Positions 37,169 through 48,869 of a stretch of 64,000 nucleotides of DNA are shown here, one piece after another. This DNA is from a virus. Position 1 is the stretch's first letter. Each line of letters begins with the position of its first letter. Both the position numbers and the translations under genes were made by a program. The notes under the pieces are model-generated. The model was not told where the DNA came from, ran no database searches, and saw only the letters and a program-made list of their open reading frames with translations. The stretch is from positions 1 through 64,000 of the IMG/VR virus record IMGVR_UViG_3300030104_006433, one strand, 5' to 3'.

Positions 37169-38317
37169 ATGGCAGTTTACAAATTATTTCCATATAAAGA
37201 CGCAACATTATATTCATTATACCCTGATATGAATACAGGAATAGATCCTATAACATCTATTACAAACTTAAATATAGCTATTAATTCATCACCTAGAGTA
37301 TCTAGATTTTTAACTGAGTTTGTCCAAGAAGAAATAGAGGATATTATTAATAATAAAATATCAGGCTCACAATGGGATGTAGACTTCAGATCATTTATAG
37401 CTACAGCTGAAGGAATTGTAGAAGCTACTGATTTATCAGTTCATCCTTTAGCTCAATCTTGGTTTAATGGAACAGGAACTTATTTAGATGTACCACAAAC
37501 AACAGATGGATGTTCTTGGAATTCACCAGATTTTAAAGACTCAGGAGTTACCTGGTCTTCAAGTGGTACAGATAGTACTGATAATTACGTTACTAGTTCT
37601 TATAATTTAACTTATGCTAATGCTGGTGGTGGTGCTTGGTATTTAAGTGGATCTGATGGTACTTTATATGCTGTAACTCAATCATTTGATACTAGATCAA
37701 CAAAAGATTTAAAAGTAAATGCTAAAACCGTAGTAGAAAAATGGTACAGTGGTTCATTTGCTAATAATGGTTTTATAACAAAGTGGGAGGATAATGTTGA
37801 ATTTAACCCAAGTACTCAAATACAACCAGTAATGCAATTTTATAGTGTTGATACTAATACTATATACCCACCACAATTAGAATTCAAATGGGATGATTAC
37901 TCAACAGTATTAACAGGTTCAGCTACATCTAGTATTGTAGGAACAACAAATTTAGCTACTTCATTAGCTGAAAATCCTGGATATTTCACACCTGAAAGTG
38001 TAAATAGATTTAGGTTTAATTTAGCACCCAAATACCCAAAACCAATTTGGACAACATCTTCACTATTTACTAAAGTTCATTATTTACCTACTTCTTCACA
38101 GTATGCTGTAAAAGATTTGGATACCAACGAATTTGTTATTAATTTCGATAACAATTATACAAAATTAAGTTCTGATGAAAAAGGAAATTATTTTGATTTA
38201 TATATGAATGGGTTAGAACCAGAAAGATATTATAAAATATGTATTAAAACTAATATAAATGGTTCAACTTTGATATTAGATGATAATTATTATTTTAAAG
38301 TTGTAAATGCATTATAA
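37169..38317 (+). CDS. Structural protein (baseplate/tail)
   Basis: S/T/G-rich beta protein in the baseplate operon. Confidence 0.6.
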   Translation: MAVYKLFPYKDATLYSLYPDMNTGIDPITSITNLNIAINSSPRVSRFLTEFVQEEIEDIINNKISGSQWDVDFRSFIATAEGIVEATDLSVHPLAQSWFNGTGTYLDVPQTTDGCSWNSPDFKDSGVTWSSSGTDSTDNYVTSSYNLTYANAGGGAWYLSGSDGTLYAVTQSFDTRSTKDLKVNAKTVVEKWYSGSFANNGFITKWEDNVEFNPSTQIQPVMQFYSVDTNTIYPPQLEFKWDDYSTVLTGSATSSIVGTTNLATSLAENPGYFTPESVNRFRFNLAPKYPKPIWTTSSLFTKVHYLPTSSQYAVKDLDTNEFVINFDNNYTKLSSDEKGNYFDLYMNGLEPERYYKICIKTNINGSTLILDDNYYFKVVNAL

Positions 38318-38712
38318 TGGATAAAGATATAAAATTAAATAAAGAAGTATTTTATAAAAGATCTTATAAAAAAACAATTGACACTAATTTTAAACAATTA
38401 GGGGTTGTACCTATTCAAGACCAAATTGATGCTCAACCAACAGTTCAAGAATTTTTTGATATGTATAATACTTTATTTTATCAAATTAATGAGTTAGGAC
38501 CAACTAATTCCCATGAATTTTTAATTAAAACTAGTCAAGAATATATAGGAGATGAAGTTAATGATGAATTAATAGATGCTTTGCAAGATGAAATAGCAGG
38601 TTTGAGAAAAGAATTATTACGAGCTCAACAGGATTTTGCTAAGGAATTACTAGCACTACAAGAAGTAGCAACCACAGAAATCCCAGACATAGATATACCA
38701 GAAACTCCATAA
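38317..38712 (+). CDS. Hypothetical structural protein
   Basis: Coupled ORF; C-terminal coiled coil. Confidence 0.6.
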   Translation: MDKDIKLNKEVFYKRSYKKTIDTNFKQLGVVPIQDQIDAQPTVQEFFDMYNTLFYQINELGPTNSHEFLIKTSQEYIGDEVNDELIDALQDEIAGLRKELLRAQQDFAKELLALQEVATTEIPDIDIPETP

Positions 38713-38713
38713 G

Positions 38714-41700
38714 ATGGCTGAAGTAAATAGAATAGAACCCACAACATTTGAAACTCAAAATTATTTAAATAAAGATTCAAATTTAATCCAACAATTTGAA
38801 ATTGATACTTCTTTAATTAATTCTAGTTATATAGAATTTTTTATCTATAATAACAGCAAACAACTTCTATACAAGGATTTTAATTATAAAGGCTATAAAA
38901 CATCAATAACCCAACCAGGTACAAGTAATGTTTCTACATTATCTGTCGACCCAGAATTTGATATAACATCAAATAGTTATACTAGTGGAACTTATGTAGC
39001 TTATTATAATTTCTTAACTAGAAGAATAGGAGATACTTTAAACAACCTCTTCATTAAGGAAATATCATCAGATAGAAAAGAAATAAGATTAGATACTACA
39101 ATTTTATCAAATTTAGAATTAACAATTCAAACTCAAACCTTTGTAACATTTAGAGAAAATTCTGATTATTTTGTAGACTTTTATCTTAATTTTGGTGATA
39201 ATCAATTAATCATAGCTAATAATATAAGGTTAGAAGATGAAGGAACTGATGATCCTACAATATTAGTTAAATTATATGAACCTTTACCTTCAAATATAAA
39301 TTTAAAAGATGAATTGTGGGTTGTTACAACTTTAAATGAACCCGAAGCTTTTAGGGTAACATACCCAAACGAACCTATAGTAATTAATGATACTATTCAA
39401 ATTCAAGGTCCAAATAATAATATTTCATTAAAAGATCAAATTAATAATTCATCTCAATTATTATCATATAGTGATATAATAAGTGGAGCTCCTTCAAGTT
39501 CAATAAGCCAAATAGATAGTTTATTAGAAGAATCTTCTATTAGTATAAGTGTAGATTATACTAATTTTAATGATTTTATTCATTTTAGTTCATTACAAAC
39601 CCGATTAGAAAATTTTTATTATAAAGTTCAATTAATAGAAAACTACACATCAGAATCACAAGCATTAAATAATATAACTAGTTCTAATACAAGTATAACA
39701 TTATTAGAATCTAAAAAATCAGAAGTAATTAAAAACTTTGATAAATTTGAATATTTTATGTATTATGATAGTGGTTCAATGAACTCATGGCCCAAATCTA
39801 ATACAGAACCACCATATATTTTATATCCATCAACTAGTTCACAAGTTTTAACTTGGTTTGGAACTGATGATGAATCTAGTTCTAATTATGGGGGATTAAT
39901 TTTATCTGCTTCTAATTTTGATAACCAAAATAATAATGAACTTAAAAAGGCAATACCTGAATATTTGAGAGAAAACTTAGATAATCAACAATATGATTTA
40001 TTTGTTGATATGGTTGCTCAATATTATGATAATGTTTGGTTATATACAAAAGATGTTACTCAAAAATATAACGCAGATAATAGATTAGATTTTGGTGTTT
40101 CAAAAGATTTAGTATCTAAAGCTATAACTGATTTTGGGATTAAATTATATCAAAATAATTTTTCAAACCAAGATTTATACACAGCATTTTTAGGATTAAC
40201 CCCTAGTGGTAGTTTATTCCCTTTCCCTGAGATAACAGGATCAAGACCAGTTCCAACAGGAATGGAATTTGTAGACACCTTAATATCAGCATCCAATGAT
40301 GTTATACCTTTAGATGATACTAATAAATCATTATATAAAAGAATATATCATAATATACCATATTTACTAAATTCAAAAGGAACTATAGCTGGGTTACGAG
40401 CATTAATAACATCATATGGCATACCTGATACTATACTTAAAATATCTGAATTTGGTGGTAAAGATCAAGTAAATGCTAATGATTATGATTTATATTTCAA
40501 TAATTTTAATTATGCTCTAGGAGTAGGACCTGACCCTATTAATGGAAATTTTTTAAGTAGTTCATTTGTTTTTAATAGTGATTTTAATGCTACTAGCAAT
40601 AGACCAAAAACTATAGAGTTTAGGTTTAAAGCCGAAGAAATAACTTCAGCAATTTCACCTTTTGGGTTAACAAATTTATCCCAATCTTTATTTACTCTAG
40701 AATACCCCACAGGAGGGCAATTCTTAGATATAGTATTAGAATATACCGGATCAGGTTTAGCTACAGGATCATATAGAGGTTCTGATATACATCCAGAATA
40801 CCAATATGGTAACTTAAAAATAATTCCATTTACAGGAACACCCACTACATCAGCTAGTATATATTTACCATTTTTTGATGGAGGTTGGTGGTCTGTTAAA
40901 TTAGATCATGATTTAGCATTTAAGTTTATTATGAGTGCTGGTAATTCAATATATAATGGCTCAGATGGGACTTCAATAGGTTATTTTGATACAACAACAG
41001 TAAATGGTTCACATGCGGGTTATGCTAATGATACTAAAATGTATTTAGCAACATCTTCTTTATATCCTGGATTTTCTGGTTCTGTACAAGAATTAAGATG
41101 TTATAATACACAATTAAGTGAAAGTGTATTTAAGGATTATATAATGAATCCTTTATCTTTTGAAGGTAATAAAGGAGAAAGAAAAAAACAATTACCTGAT
41201 GTTAATAGTTCCCCTAATCAATTAATGTTTAGAGCAGCTTTAGGAAGTGAACTAGATATAACTTCAACTTCATCCATACATCCTAAAGTCACAGGTTCTT
41301 GGGTAACTACCTCATCATTTAATTCTAATAGTGATTTTTATTTACATTCTCCTTCTACATATACACCAAATGAAGAAATATTCTTTTTAGATCAACCCGC
41401 GGTAGGTATAAAAAATAGAATTAATGATAAAATTAGATATGAGGATAATGTCTTACCTTCAGGTGATACACTATCAGCATATAGAAGAATTTCACAACAA
41501 CCAGTAACTAGTGCTTCATATACAGATAATATAAATTACTTAGAGATAGCATTTTCACCTCAAAACCAAATTAATGACGATATTATAGGACAAATGGGTC
41601 ATTTTAATGTGGGTGATTATATAGGAGACCCTAGAGATAGATTTACAGGAAATAATTATCCTGATTTAAATAATTTAAGTGAAGAGTATTTTAAAAAATA

Positions 41701-42448
41701 TATTAAAAATTATGATTTAGTAGATTTTGTTAGATTAATTAAGTTTTTTGATAACTCATTGTTTAAAATGATCAAAAACTTTATTCCTACAAGAACAAGT
41801 CTAGCATCAGGATTAGTAGTAAAACAACATTTATTAGAAAGAAACAAATATCCACAACCTCAAACATCATATGATGATAAAATACAATACACAGGTTCTA
41901 TAGAAACTGCTTTTATATCTGGGGGTACTGGAGGAGTGTTAGATGTATTTAATAGTACAACAACCTCTCCATCTGGATCTTTAGGTAGTGGTCCTAATAA
42001 TAGATTTGATTTAACTCAAAGTTTTGTTGAAACTTTTTTAAATCTATCAGGTTCTTCTCCTAAAACAAGTGATTCACAATATGAGTTTTATGATGGTGAA
42101 TTTAGCGGTTCTATAATATTAGTTACAGATGGAGAATTAAATTCTGGTTGTGATTGGGCTAAAAATGTTAATGTCAATGGTGTAGATATTGATGGGATAA
42201 GAAGTTATAGTTATAATAATGTCCCATTTGATTTTCCTGGTAATAGTGGGGCTTACCTCAACGCCTTTTTGGATGCTAATAATAAACCAACAAATGGGTA
42301 TATTCAAACTTGGTATGATGAAAATCCATTTGGTACACAATTTGCAGCTTATGCTCCATTACCACCCGCAGTCATTGTTCCTCCAATAGGTGGAGGGGGA
42401 GCGACAGGTGCTGGACCCGGTGGTGGTGGTTATGGAGTTGGAGGATAA
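38714..42448 (+). CDS. Large baseplate/tail structural protein
   Basis: 1244 aa; IPEYL...KGT..GL..L...YG wedge-like motif; LamG-like TIEFRFK segment. Confidence 0.6.
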   Translation: MAEVNRIEPTTFETQNYLNKDSNLIQQFEIDTSLINSSYIEFFIYNNSKQLLYKDFNYKGYKTSITQPGTSNVSTLSVDPEFDITSNSYTSGTYVAYYNFLTRRIGDTLNNLFIKEISSDRKEIRLDTTILSNLELTIQTQTFVTFRENSDYFVDFYLNFGDNQLIIANNIRLEDEGTDDPTILVKLYEPLPSNINLKDELWVVTTLNEPEAFRVTYPNEPIVINDTIQIQGPNNNISLKDQINNSSQLLSYSDIISGAPSSSISQIDSLLEESSISISVDYTNFNDFIHFSSLQTRLENFYYKVQLIENYTSESQALNNITSSNTSITLLESKKSEVIKNFDKFEYFMYYDSGSMNSWPKSNTEPPYILYPSTSSQVLTWFGTDDESSSNYGGLILSASNFDNQNNNELKKAIPEYLRENLDNQQYDLFVDMVAQYYDNVWLYTKDVTQKYNADNRLDFGVSKDLVSKAITDFGIKLYQNNFSNQDLYTAFLGLTPSGSLFPFPEITGSRPVPTGMEFVDTLISASNDVIPLDDTNKSLYKRIYHNIPYLLNSKGTIAGLRALITSYGIPDTILKISEFGGKDQVNANDYDLYFNNFNYALGVGPDPINGNFLSSSFVFNSDFNATSNRPKTIEFRFKAEEITSAISPFGLTNLSQSLFTLEYPTGGQFLDIVLEYTGSGLATGSYRGSDIHPEYQYGNLKIIPFTGTPTTSASIYLPFFDGGWWSVKLDHDLAFKFIMSAGNSIYNGSDGTSIGYFDTTTVNGSHAGYANDTKMYLATSSLYPGFSGSVQELRCYNTQLSESVFKDYIMNPLSFEGNKGERKKQLPDVNSSPNQLMFRAALGSELDITSTSSIHPKVTGSWVTTSSFNSNSDFYLHSPSTYTPNEEIFFLDQPAVGIKNRINDKIRYEDNVLPSGDTLSAYRRISQQPVTSASYTDNINYLEIAFSPQNQINDDIIGQMGHFNVGDYIGDPRDRFTGNNYPDLNNLSEEYFKKYIKNYDLVDFVRLIKFFDNSLFKMIKNFIPTRTSLASGLVVKQHLLERNKYPQPQTSYDDKIQYTGSIETAFISGGTGGVLDVFNSTTTSPSGSLGSGPNNRFDLTQSFVETFLNLSGSSPKTSDSQYEFYDGEFSGSIILVTDGELNSGCDWAKNVNVNGVDIDGIRSYSYNNVPFDFPGNSGAYLNAFLDANNKPTNGYIQTWYDENPFGTQFAAYAPLPPAVIVPPIGGGGATGAGPGGGGYGVGG

Positions 42449-42497
42449 GATATATTAAATTAAAATGAAAAATATTTATAATAAATAAAAGTTATTA

Positions 42498-44798
42498 ATG
42501 GCTGAATTAAAATACATAAAAATAGCAAAAATAGATAGTAATGGAATTGATCTATCAACAACCCTTACTTCCTTAGCTCAAATAATATTACCTTTATCAA
42601 CAGGAAATAAAATATATGTTATATTAACTTCAACAGAATTTCCTGATTATTTCTTATTTGGGGTTAAAGCCCCAGATACTGATGATATCCCAGCCCCAGA
42701 CCATACAAAAATAGAAGAATATGTATTTTCAGGCTCAATGGATACCACACAATATGTAGCTAGTTCTAATCAAAGTCAAACTTTGATCCCAATTGGAACA
42801 GTTATTGAAGATAATTTAAATTTTATAGGTAGTGGTTCTTGGGATAATTCAGGTTATGGTACTAACTTCCAACCTGTAAATAATCTCTATTTTATAAATA
42901 CTATTACACAAAAAGATATAACCGTTAAACTTCAAGGTACTTTAACAACAACAGCTTCCCCTACTTTACCCTTATCAATACAAGTAAGATTATATAATAA
43001 TGATGGTACTACTATAGCCACAGGATTAATAGCAGAATTTTCAACCGCTGATACAGCTACAGGTGCTATAAACATATCAGGCACTATCCCAGCTGCTGAA
43101 GCATTACCAGGTAGTTTTATAGCAGTTAAACTTTCAGGGGCTAATGGTAATGTAGGTCCACGCTTTGCTCAATTTTCAAGTGATGCTAGATTATTAATAT
43201 CATCAGCTACTACATCAACCCAACCAACTGAGTTAATTTTAGAACCCTATTTATCTCAATATTTTCCTAATTCTGATTGTGATGTTTTACAAGGAGAAGT
43301 AGAAGGTGAAAGACCAAATCCATTTTTACAAGATGTAGATTACTCAACATCCCAAACAATACCAGTTAATGTTATATCTTTAATTAGTGGTAGTGCCACA
43401 AGAGCAACAGTACCAGAATCTTTTTATACACAATTAACATCAATTACACCAAGATATTTAGGAGCAAAAAACCAATCAGAGAAAATTAATGTTTGGACTT
43501 CTTCATCATTTAACATAGGAAATTATGGTAATACAAGTCCTATAGAAATTGATAGTATTAATATATTTGAATTTGCATGGGGTGGTGGAACATCTCCAGA
43601 AATTCTAGGTTGGGGTGGTATGAAAATGAGTAATATACTTCAAGTCAATACCACATCCTCAGTTAGAGTTATTAATAAATCATCTGGGGTTCAAGAAAAA
43701 TTATATGATGATTACCGTCTCCAAAGTACTTCACTACCAGTTATGCAAAGTTATAGAAGATCAACTGATCCCTTAGACCCAGTACCTTCCATTAGAGCTA
43801 TTGATATTGGGGCGGGATCATCAGCTATTCGATATGTTTGGCAAGTATCACAATCTAGGGGTGAATTTTACACCACTTTAAATAATGTAGTTCCTATAAA
43901 TACTAAAATACAAATTGGATCATATGGTATAAACCAAGCTGATAATCCAATAATACCTCCATCTACTAAAATAGCAGCATTAGGTTTTGCGGCACCAGGT
44001 AAAAGTAGTTATATATTTACATCATCATATGATGATGGTATTGTGACTGGAGATAACCCAACTGCATCTAACCCCTTAGTTAAATATATATCAGGTTCTT
44101 ATGGAGTTGTTAAATCAAACCAACCAGGTCTAATGATTTTTAATTGGAATAATGATATAAGTAAAGTAAAGAAAAACCAAGATGGGTATTATCAAGCAGG
44201 AACTACAACAAAACTCACAACCACAAAAGTTATAAATGATGTAAATGCGGGTTTAACAAGAGGAGAAAGGTGGTTTTTAACTATATTCAGAGAATTAAAC
44301 AGTGCGGGTTCAACAGGTACTTTAGAAGATGCTTTAACATTAGGTGAAAATTTAATACCTTTTAATTATGGATATGATGAAAAAGATGAAAATGGTAATT
44401 ATCCATATCCTTTAGCTAATAGAGGAGTATATGAACTTACAGGTACAGACCCGAGTTTTAGTTCAGTTTATGATATGAATCCTGTATTTTTTACAATAAC
44501 ACCACCAATAAAATTTGGAATAGAATCTGGTTCTTCAGGCCAAGTTATCAACCAAATTAATATAGGGGATTCTGTATCAACTGAAAATAACCAATACCCA
44601 GATTCTCCAACTAATGGTCTTGGAATGTTAATGTGGAAAGCTGTTGGTAAGGATCAATTAACAGGAGAAGATTATGTACTTATACAAGATAATATAGGAG
44701 GAGTAGGTCAAGGATATTTTACAACAGAATTTATAACCGAAGAAATTCAAAATAACATTGAAAAAATAACAAAAGAATTTGGTTCAAACAAAACTTAA
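42498..44798 (+). CDS. Structural protein (tail/baseplate)
   Basis: S/T/G-rich, in the structural block. Confidence 0.55.
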   Translation: MAELKYIKIAKIDSNGIDLSTTLTSLAQIILPLSTGNKIYVILTSTEFPDYFLFGVKAPDTDDIPAPDHTKIEEYVFSGSMDTTQYVASSNQSQTLIPIGTVIEDNLNFIGSGSWDNSGYGTNFQPVNNLYFINTITQKDITVKLQGTLTTTASPTLPLSIQVRLYNNDGTTIATGLIAEFSTADTATGAINISGTIPAAEALPGSFIAVKLSGANGNVGPRFAQFSSDARLLISSATTSTQPTELILEPYLSQYFPNSDCDVLQGEVEGERPNPFLQDVDYSTSQTIPVNVISLISGSATRATVPESFYTQLTSITPRYLGAKNQSEKINVWTSSSFNIGNYGNTSPIEIDSINIFEFAWGGGTSPEILGWGGMKMSNILQVNTTSSVRVINKSSGVQEKLYDDYRLQSTSLPVMQSYRRSTDPLDPVPSIRAIDIGAGSSAIRYVWQVSQSRGEFYTTLNNVVPINTKIQIGSYGINQADNPIIPPSTKIAALGFAAPGKSSYIFTSSYDDGIVTGDNPTASNPLVKYISGSYGVVKSNQPGLMIFNWNNDISKVKKNQDGYYQAGTTTKLTTTKVINDVNAGLTRGERWFLTIFRELNSAGSTGTLEDALTLGENLIPFNYGYDEKDENGNYPYPLANRGVYELTGTDPSFSSVYDMNPVFFTITPPIKFGIESGSSGQVINQINIGDSVSTENNQYPDSPTNGLGMLMWKAVGKDQLTGEDYVLIQDNIGGVGQGYFTTEFITEEIQNNIEKITKEFGSNKT

Positions 44799-44857
44799 AA
44801 TACAGTTTGGATTAGAAATTAATAATACATATATTTATAACATATAATTAAACAAAA

Positions 44858-45523
44858 ATGGGATATTTAAACAATCAAGTTATAACAGTTGATGCTATCT
44901 TAACAAAAAAAGGTAGAGAGTTGTTAGCACAAAACAATGGTTCCTTCAGAATCACACAATTTTCCTTAGCAGATGATGAAATAGATTATACTTTATATAA
45001 TCCAAACAATGCTTCAGGTTCTGCTTTTTATGGACAGGCTTTAGAAAACATGCCTTTACTAGAAGCATTTCCTGATGAAAATCAAATAATGAAGTACAAA
45101 TTAGCAACCCTACCAAGGGGTACAGCAGTTTTACCAGTTATAGATTTAGGATTTCCTTCTATATCTTTAGCTCAAGGTTCACCATTAACAATAGAACCAT
45201 CAACATTAAACTATTTAGGAAATTCTCAAGCTTTTGAAACATCAGGATATTCAGCTACTATAGGAGATGTGAGAACTATGGCTACTTTTACAGGTGTAGG
45301 CATTCAAAGCACAGCAGCTACAAACCAAAATACATCATCAACAACAACTTTAGGTACAAATGTATCCTCAACAGTTATAGGAACTCAAATTAATTTAAGA
45401 GCAACAACTGTAAATACTTTATTTGGAAGTAATGCTACATTACAAACAACATTAACAGTGGTAGGACTGGATAGTGGAGCTAGAATAACAATACCTATCA
45501 CAATAACACAATCAACATTATAA
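44858..45523 (+). CDS. Conserved structural protein
   Basis: MGYLNN...VDAILTKKGRELLA...F.LADDEIDY.LY. Confidence 0.6.
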   Translation: MGYLNNQVITVDAILTKKGRELLAQNNGSFRITQFSLADDEIDYTLYNPNNASGSAFYGQALENMPLLEAFPDENQIMKYKLATLPRGTAVLPVIDLGFPSISLAQGSPLTIEPSTLNYLGNSQAFETSGYSATIGDVRTMATFTGVGIQSTAATNQNTSSTTTLGTNVSSTVIGTQINLRATTVNTLFGSNATLQTTLTVVGLDSGARITIPITITQSTL

Positions 45524-45535
45524 AAATATTAAAAA

Positions 45536-46549
45536 ATGGGATTTAAAAGTTTAGATGCTCAAGATTTTGTTGTAAGTGCTGACTCAGTACAATCAACAGC
45601 ATGGTCAACAGATGTGCCAACTCTAACACAGTTTTATACTTCATCAGTTCAAGCAGGTGGAAGTTCAGGAGATTATTATTTAAGTGTATACCAATCAGAC
45701 CCAGCTACAGATTCTAATGCTGCGGTTCAATTTGATATAGCTTATGGAAATTATTTAGGAAGTGGAAGTAGTTATTATAACTCTTTATATCCACATTTAA
45801 CACCATCTTCAACAACTTATGGTCAATATAGAACTATGATTTTAGAAGATGAAAATGCTAAATTTATATATGGGGGAGGTAATAATTCATATATACCTGA
45901 AGATTTTTATGCTTTATCAATTGAAAGATCAAGGTACAAAGAAAAATTATTCCCCTCTACATTTAACTTACAATTAACTGGACCTGGAGGTACAATACAA
46001 TTAACAAACGATTCAAGATCTACTCAAACTTCTACTTTTATAGGCTCAACACGAGTATACCAAGTTATATCAGGTTCAAATGGAATGCCTTATAATACAT
46101 CAGGTTATATACCAGGTTCAGGTTCATTTGGTTTATTCTTTCCTGAGATTGGAACCATTTTATTAAACCCAGATGCTTTAAGTGAAGCGGTTGCAATATC
46201 AACACTTAGAAGTTCAGGTTTAACAAACGGATTAAATAATCAAAACTTTTATAAAAGAATAGAAGCTGGAGGAGGTTTCACATTAAACGCAGAAGAAACC
46301 ATAACATCAGATTATGTTTTTATTAGAGCAAGAAACTCAGAGTTTAATTATTCAACAAACCCTTCATATATATCAGGATCAACAGGTGAATTAATATACT
46401 CAGAATTTATAAATAATCCTCAAGTATATTTAACAACTGTTGGAATGTATAATGACGCTAATGAATGTGTAGCGGTAGCCAAACTTTCAAAACCATTATT
46501 AAAAGATTTTACTAAAGAAGCTTTAGTAAGAGTTAAATTAGATTTTTAG
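45536..46549 (+). CDS. Structural protein (paralog 1)
   Basis: C-terminal FNYSTNPS...YLTTVGMYND...AVAKLSKPL...VKLDF. Confidence 0.6.
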   Translation: MGFKSLDAQDFVVSADSVQSTAWSTDVPTLTQFYTSSVQAGGSSGDYYLSVYQSDPATDSNAAVQFDIAYGNYLGSGSSYYNSLYPHLTPSSTTYGQYRTMILEDENAKFIYGGGNNSYIPEDFYALSIERSRYKEKLFPSTFNLQLTGPGGTIQLTNDSRSTQTSTFIGSTRVYQVISGSNGMPYNTSGYIPGSGSFGLFFPEIGTILLNPDALSEAVAISTLRSSGLTNGLNNQNFYKRIEAGGGFTLNAEETITSDYVFIRARNSEFNYSTNPSYISGSTGELIYSEFINNPQVYLTTVGMYNDANECVAVAKLSKPLLKDFTKEALVRVKLDF

Positions 46550-46554
46550 GATGA

Positions 46555-47532
46555 ATGAGTGCTTTCAAGTCATTAACCACATCGGATGTTGTTGTAACCC
46601 CATTTAAAGTAAGTAAAAAATTTACTTTTAAAGGAACTACTCAACTTACTTCTAACCCAGTAGGAATAGATAGATTTAAAGGTAAAAACATTCCTTACAT
46701 ATCCGGTTCTAATTTAACAGGTTATATTAAAAAATACTCAGAACCCTTAATATACGAATCAGCCAAACAATTATATTATACAAACTATTTAAGAGGAGAA
46801 AATGGCTCACCAGCTTTTACTTCATCAATTGGTATAGATGGTGTTAGGAGGGGGCAAGGAGGTAGTGAATCCCAACCAGCATATGTTAATTATTTAGATA
46901 ACACTTTAGAAGCAGATAGACATTTCCCAACTGGATCTGGTGATTTTATAGGGGTTATTTCTATACCCTCAAATTTATATGGTGAGAATATCAAACCAGG
47001 TTCTTTTTCATTTGAGTCTTCAGGTTCAACTAACAATAAAATAACAGATGATGGTGAAGGAAGATTATTTAATAATGGAATTAAAGTAGGAGAAATAATT
47101 TATCAACATGGTTTAATAATATTAACAACTTATGGAGGTTCAATACCTTCAAGTAGTTATGATAATTTTGACACAGCAATATATGGAACAGCTCTTTATT
47201 CACAAACTGATGAACAAGAACTAGATGAGTTTTTATCTTGCAGTATTGTTACTTGTTCATTTCAAAGTACTAATACTGTATATGAATCACAATATAAATG
47301 TACTTTTAATCCTAGTGAATATAATTACACACAAAACCCATCAGCCATATCAAGTAGTTTAAATAGTGGTATATTATATGATTTTCTAACAGGTTCTTAT
47401 TTTCAACCCTATATAACCACAGTTGGGTTATATAATAATGCAAACCAATTAGTAGCTGTAGGGAAACTAGCTCAACCTTTACAAAGCTCTAATGTTACTG
47501 ATACTACTATATTAGTTAACTTAGACTTATAA
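46555..47532 (+). CDS. Structural protein (paralog 2)
   Basis: C-terminal YNYTQNPS...YITTVGLYNN...AVGKLAQPL...VNLDL. Confidence 0.6.
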   Translation: MSAFKSLTTSDVVVTPFKVSKKFTFKGTTQLTSNPVGIDRFKGKNIPYISGSNLTGYIKKYSEPLIYESAKQLYYTNYLRGENGSPAFTSSIGIDGVRRGQGGSESQPAYVNYLDNTLEADRHFPTGSGDFIGVISIPSNLYGENIKPGSFSFESSGSTNNKITDDGEGRLFNNGIKVGEIIYQHGLIILTTYGGSIPSSSYDNFDTAIYGTALYSQTDEQELDEFLSCSIVTCSFQSTNTVYESQYKCTFNPSEYNYTQNPSAISSSLNSGILYDFLTGSYFQPYITTVGLYNNANQLVAVGKLAQPLQSSNVTDTTILVNLDL

Positions 47533-47543
47533 TATTTATAAAC

Positions 47544-48860
47544 ATGGCAAAAAGATTAGATAAAATAGGAGTACAAACCGGAGAAATAATTTTTGCCCAT
47601 GAGGTATCACAATCAATTGATGCTTTCACTGGGTATGAAGCTTACGACATTAACCTTTCAGGATCTTTAAATGTTACGGGTTCAACAAAAATAGTAGGAA
47701 ATACTTCATTAACAGGCTCTTTAAATACAATAGGACCTGTTATTTTTGACAACAATACAACAGATACATTTATTAAAAATGGTTATTTAAAAATAACATC
47801 AGCAAATGATGCTGGCCTCCAACCAGGTATTCAACTAAAACATCCAAGTACAGACCCAGAAAACGGTTTAAATATTACATTCTCAACAAATGGTAATGGT
47901 AATACTGCTGAAATTCAAGGTATTTCTGATAATCAACTAAGAATATCAACAGCAGGTAGACCAAGATTATATATTACAGCTTCTGATACTGGTGGAACAA
48001 TAGAAAAAACAAGAATAGGAGTAGCTACTAGCCAACCAGAAACTACACTTCATGTTCTGGGTAATAGTACTCTAGGGGACGCTACTAATTCTACTCTCGT
48101 TAATCAAACAGTATTAAACGTAATGTCATCAGCTTCAAACTCAGACATGGTAAGTTTATACAACAATCAAAACCCCAAAGTAAAAATTATTCAATTAACA
48201 GAATTAGGTACTGGGAATAGTTTAATTGATATGTTAGATTACTCAGGTAGTCTTTGTAATCGTTTTAGGGCAGGTGACGGACATAGTCATTTCTCAAGAG
48301 GGGTTACAATAGGAGATACATCATCTCCAGGTTTTTATAATTTATTTGTTTCTGGTTCTCAAAAAATTTCAAAGACACTAGAAATAGATAGAAAAGCTGA
48401 AAAAGAAGGAGAACAAGCAGTAATAATATCAGGCTCTGCTGTATTATCTTTACCATCAGGTTCTAAAGGTCGCCAAGATTTTCAAATTATGGGAGCCCAT
48501 ATGGTAGAAATACCTTATAACCAAGAAGAAACATTTTATGATGATGATTATATTGATTTATATTACGCTGACCCTGAACTTAAATGTACTATTCTAGCTA
48601 ATCCATTATCTGGAGATGTTAACATTGTGTATAATAATGAAGGTACATATTCATATTTTGATAAATTAGCAGCAGATGGTCAATTTGATATTGACACTAA
48701 TTTTGGTGATAATGAAACAGGTATAATTACTATTAAGTCTCCTCAAGATTCAAACTATCCATTCTATAGAATAACAGTTGTAAGAGCTGATGGAACTGTA
48801 TATGGTGTTGATAGAATGTATGCTATAATAGAAAAACTTTTTAAACCTCAACCTATTTAA
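47544..48860 (+). CDS. Tail fibre-like protein
   Basis: SGSLNVTGS repeats and RIGVATSQPETTLHVLG fibre motif. Confidence 0.6.
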   Translation: MAKRLDKIGVQTGEIIFAHEVSQSIDAFTGYEAYDINLSGSLNVTGSTKIVGNTSLTGSLNTIGPVIFDNNTTDTFIKNGYLKITSANDAGLQPGIQLKHPSTDPENGLNITFSTNGNGNTAEIQGISDNQLRISTAGRPRLYITASDTGGTIEKTRIGVATSQPETTLHVLGNSTLGDATNSTLVNQTVLNVMSSASNSDMVSLYNNQNPKVKIIQLTELGTGNSLIDMLDYSGSLCNRFRAGDGHSHFSRGVTIGDTSSPGFYNLFVSGSQKISKTLEIDRKAEKEGEQAVIISGSAVLSLPSGSKGRQDFQIMGAHMVEIPYNQEETFYDDDYIDLYYADPELKCTILANPLSGDVNIVYNNEGTYSYFDKLAADGQFDIDTNFGDNETGIITIKSPQDSNYPFYRITVVRADGTVYGVDRMYAIIEKLFKPQPI

Positions 48861-48869
48861 ATTTAAATT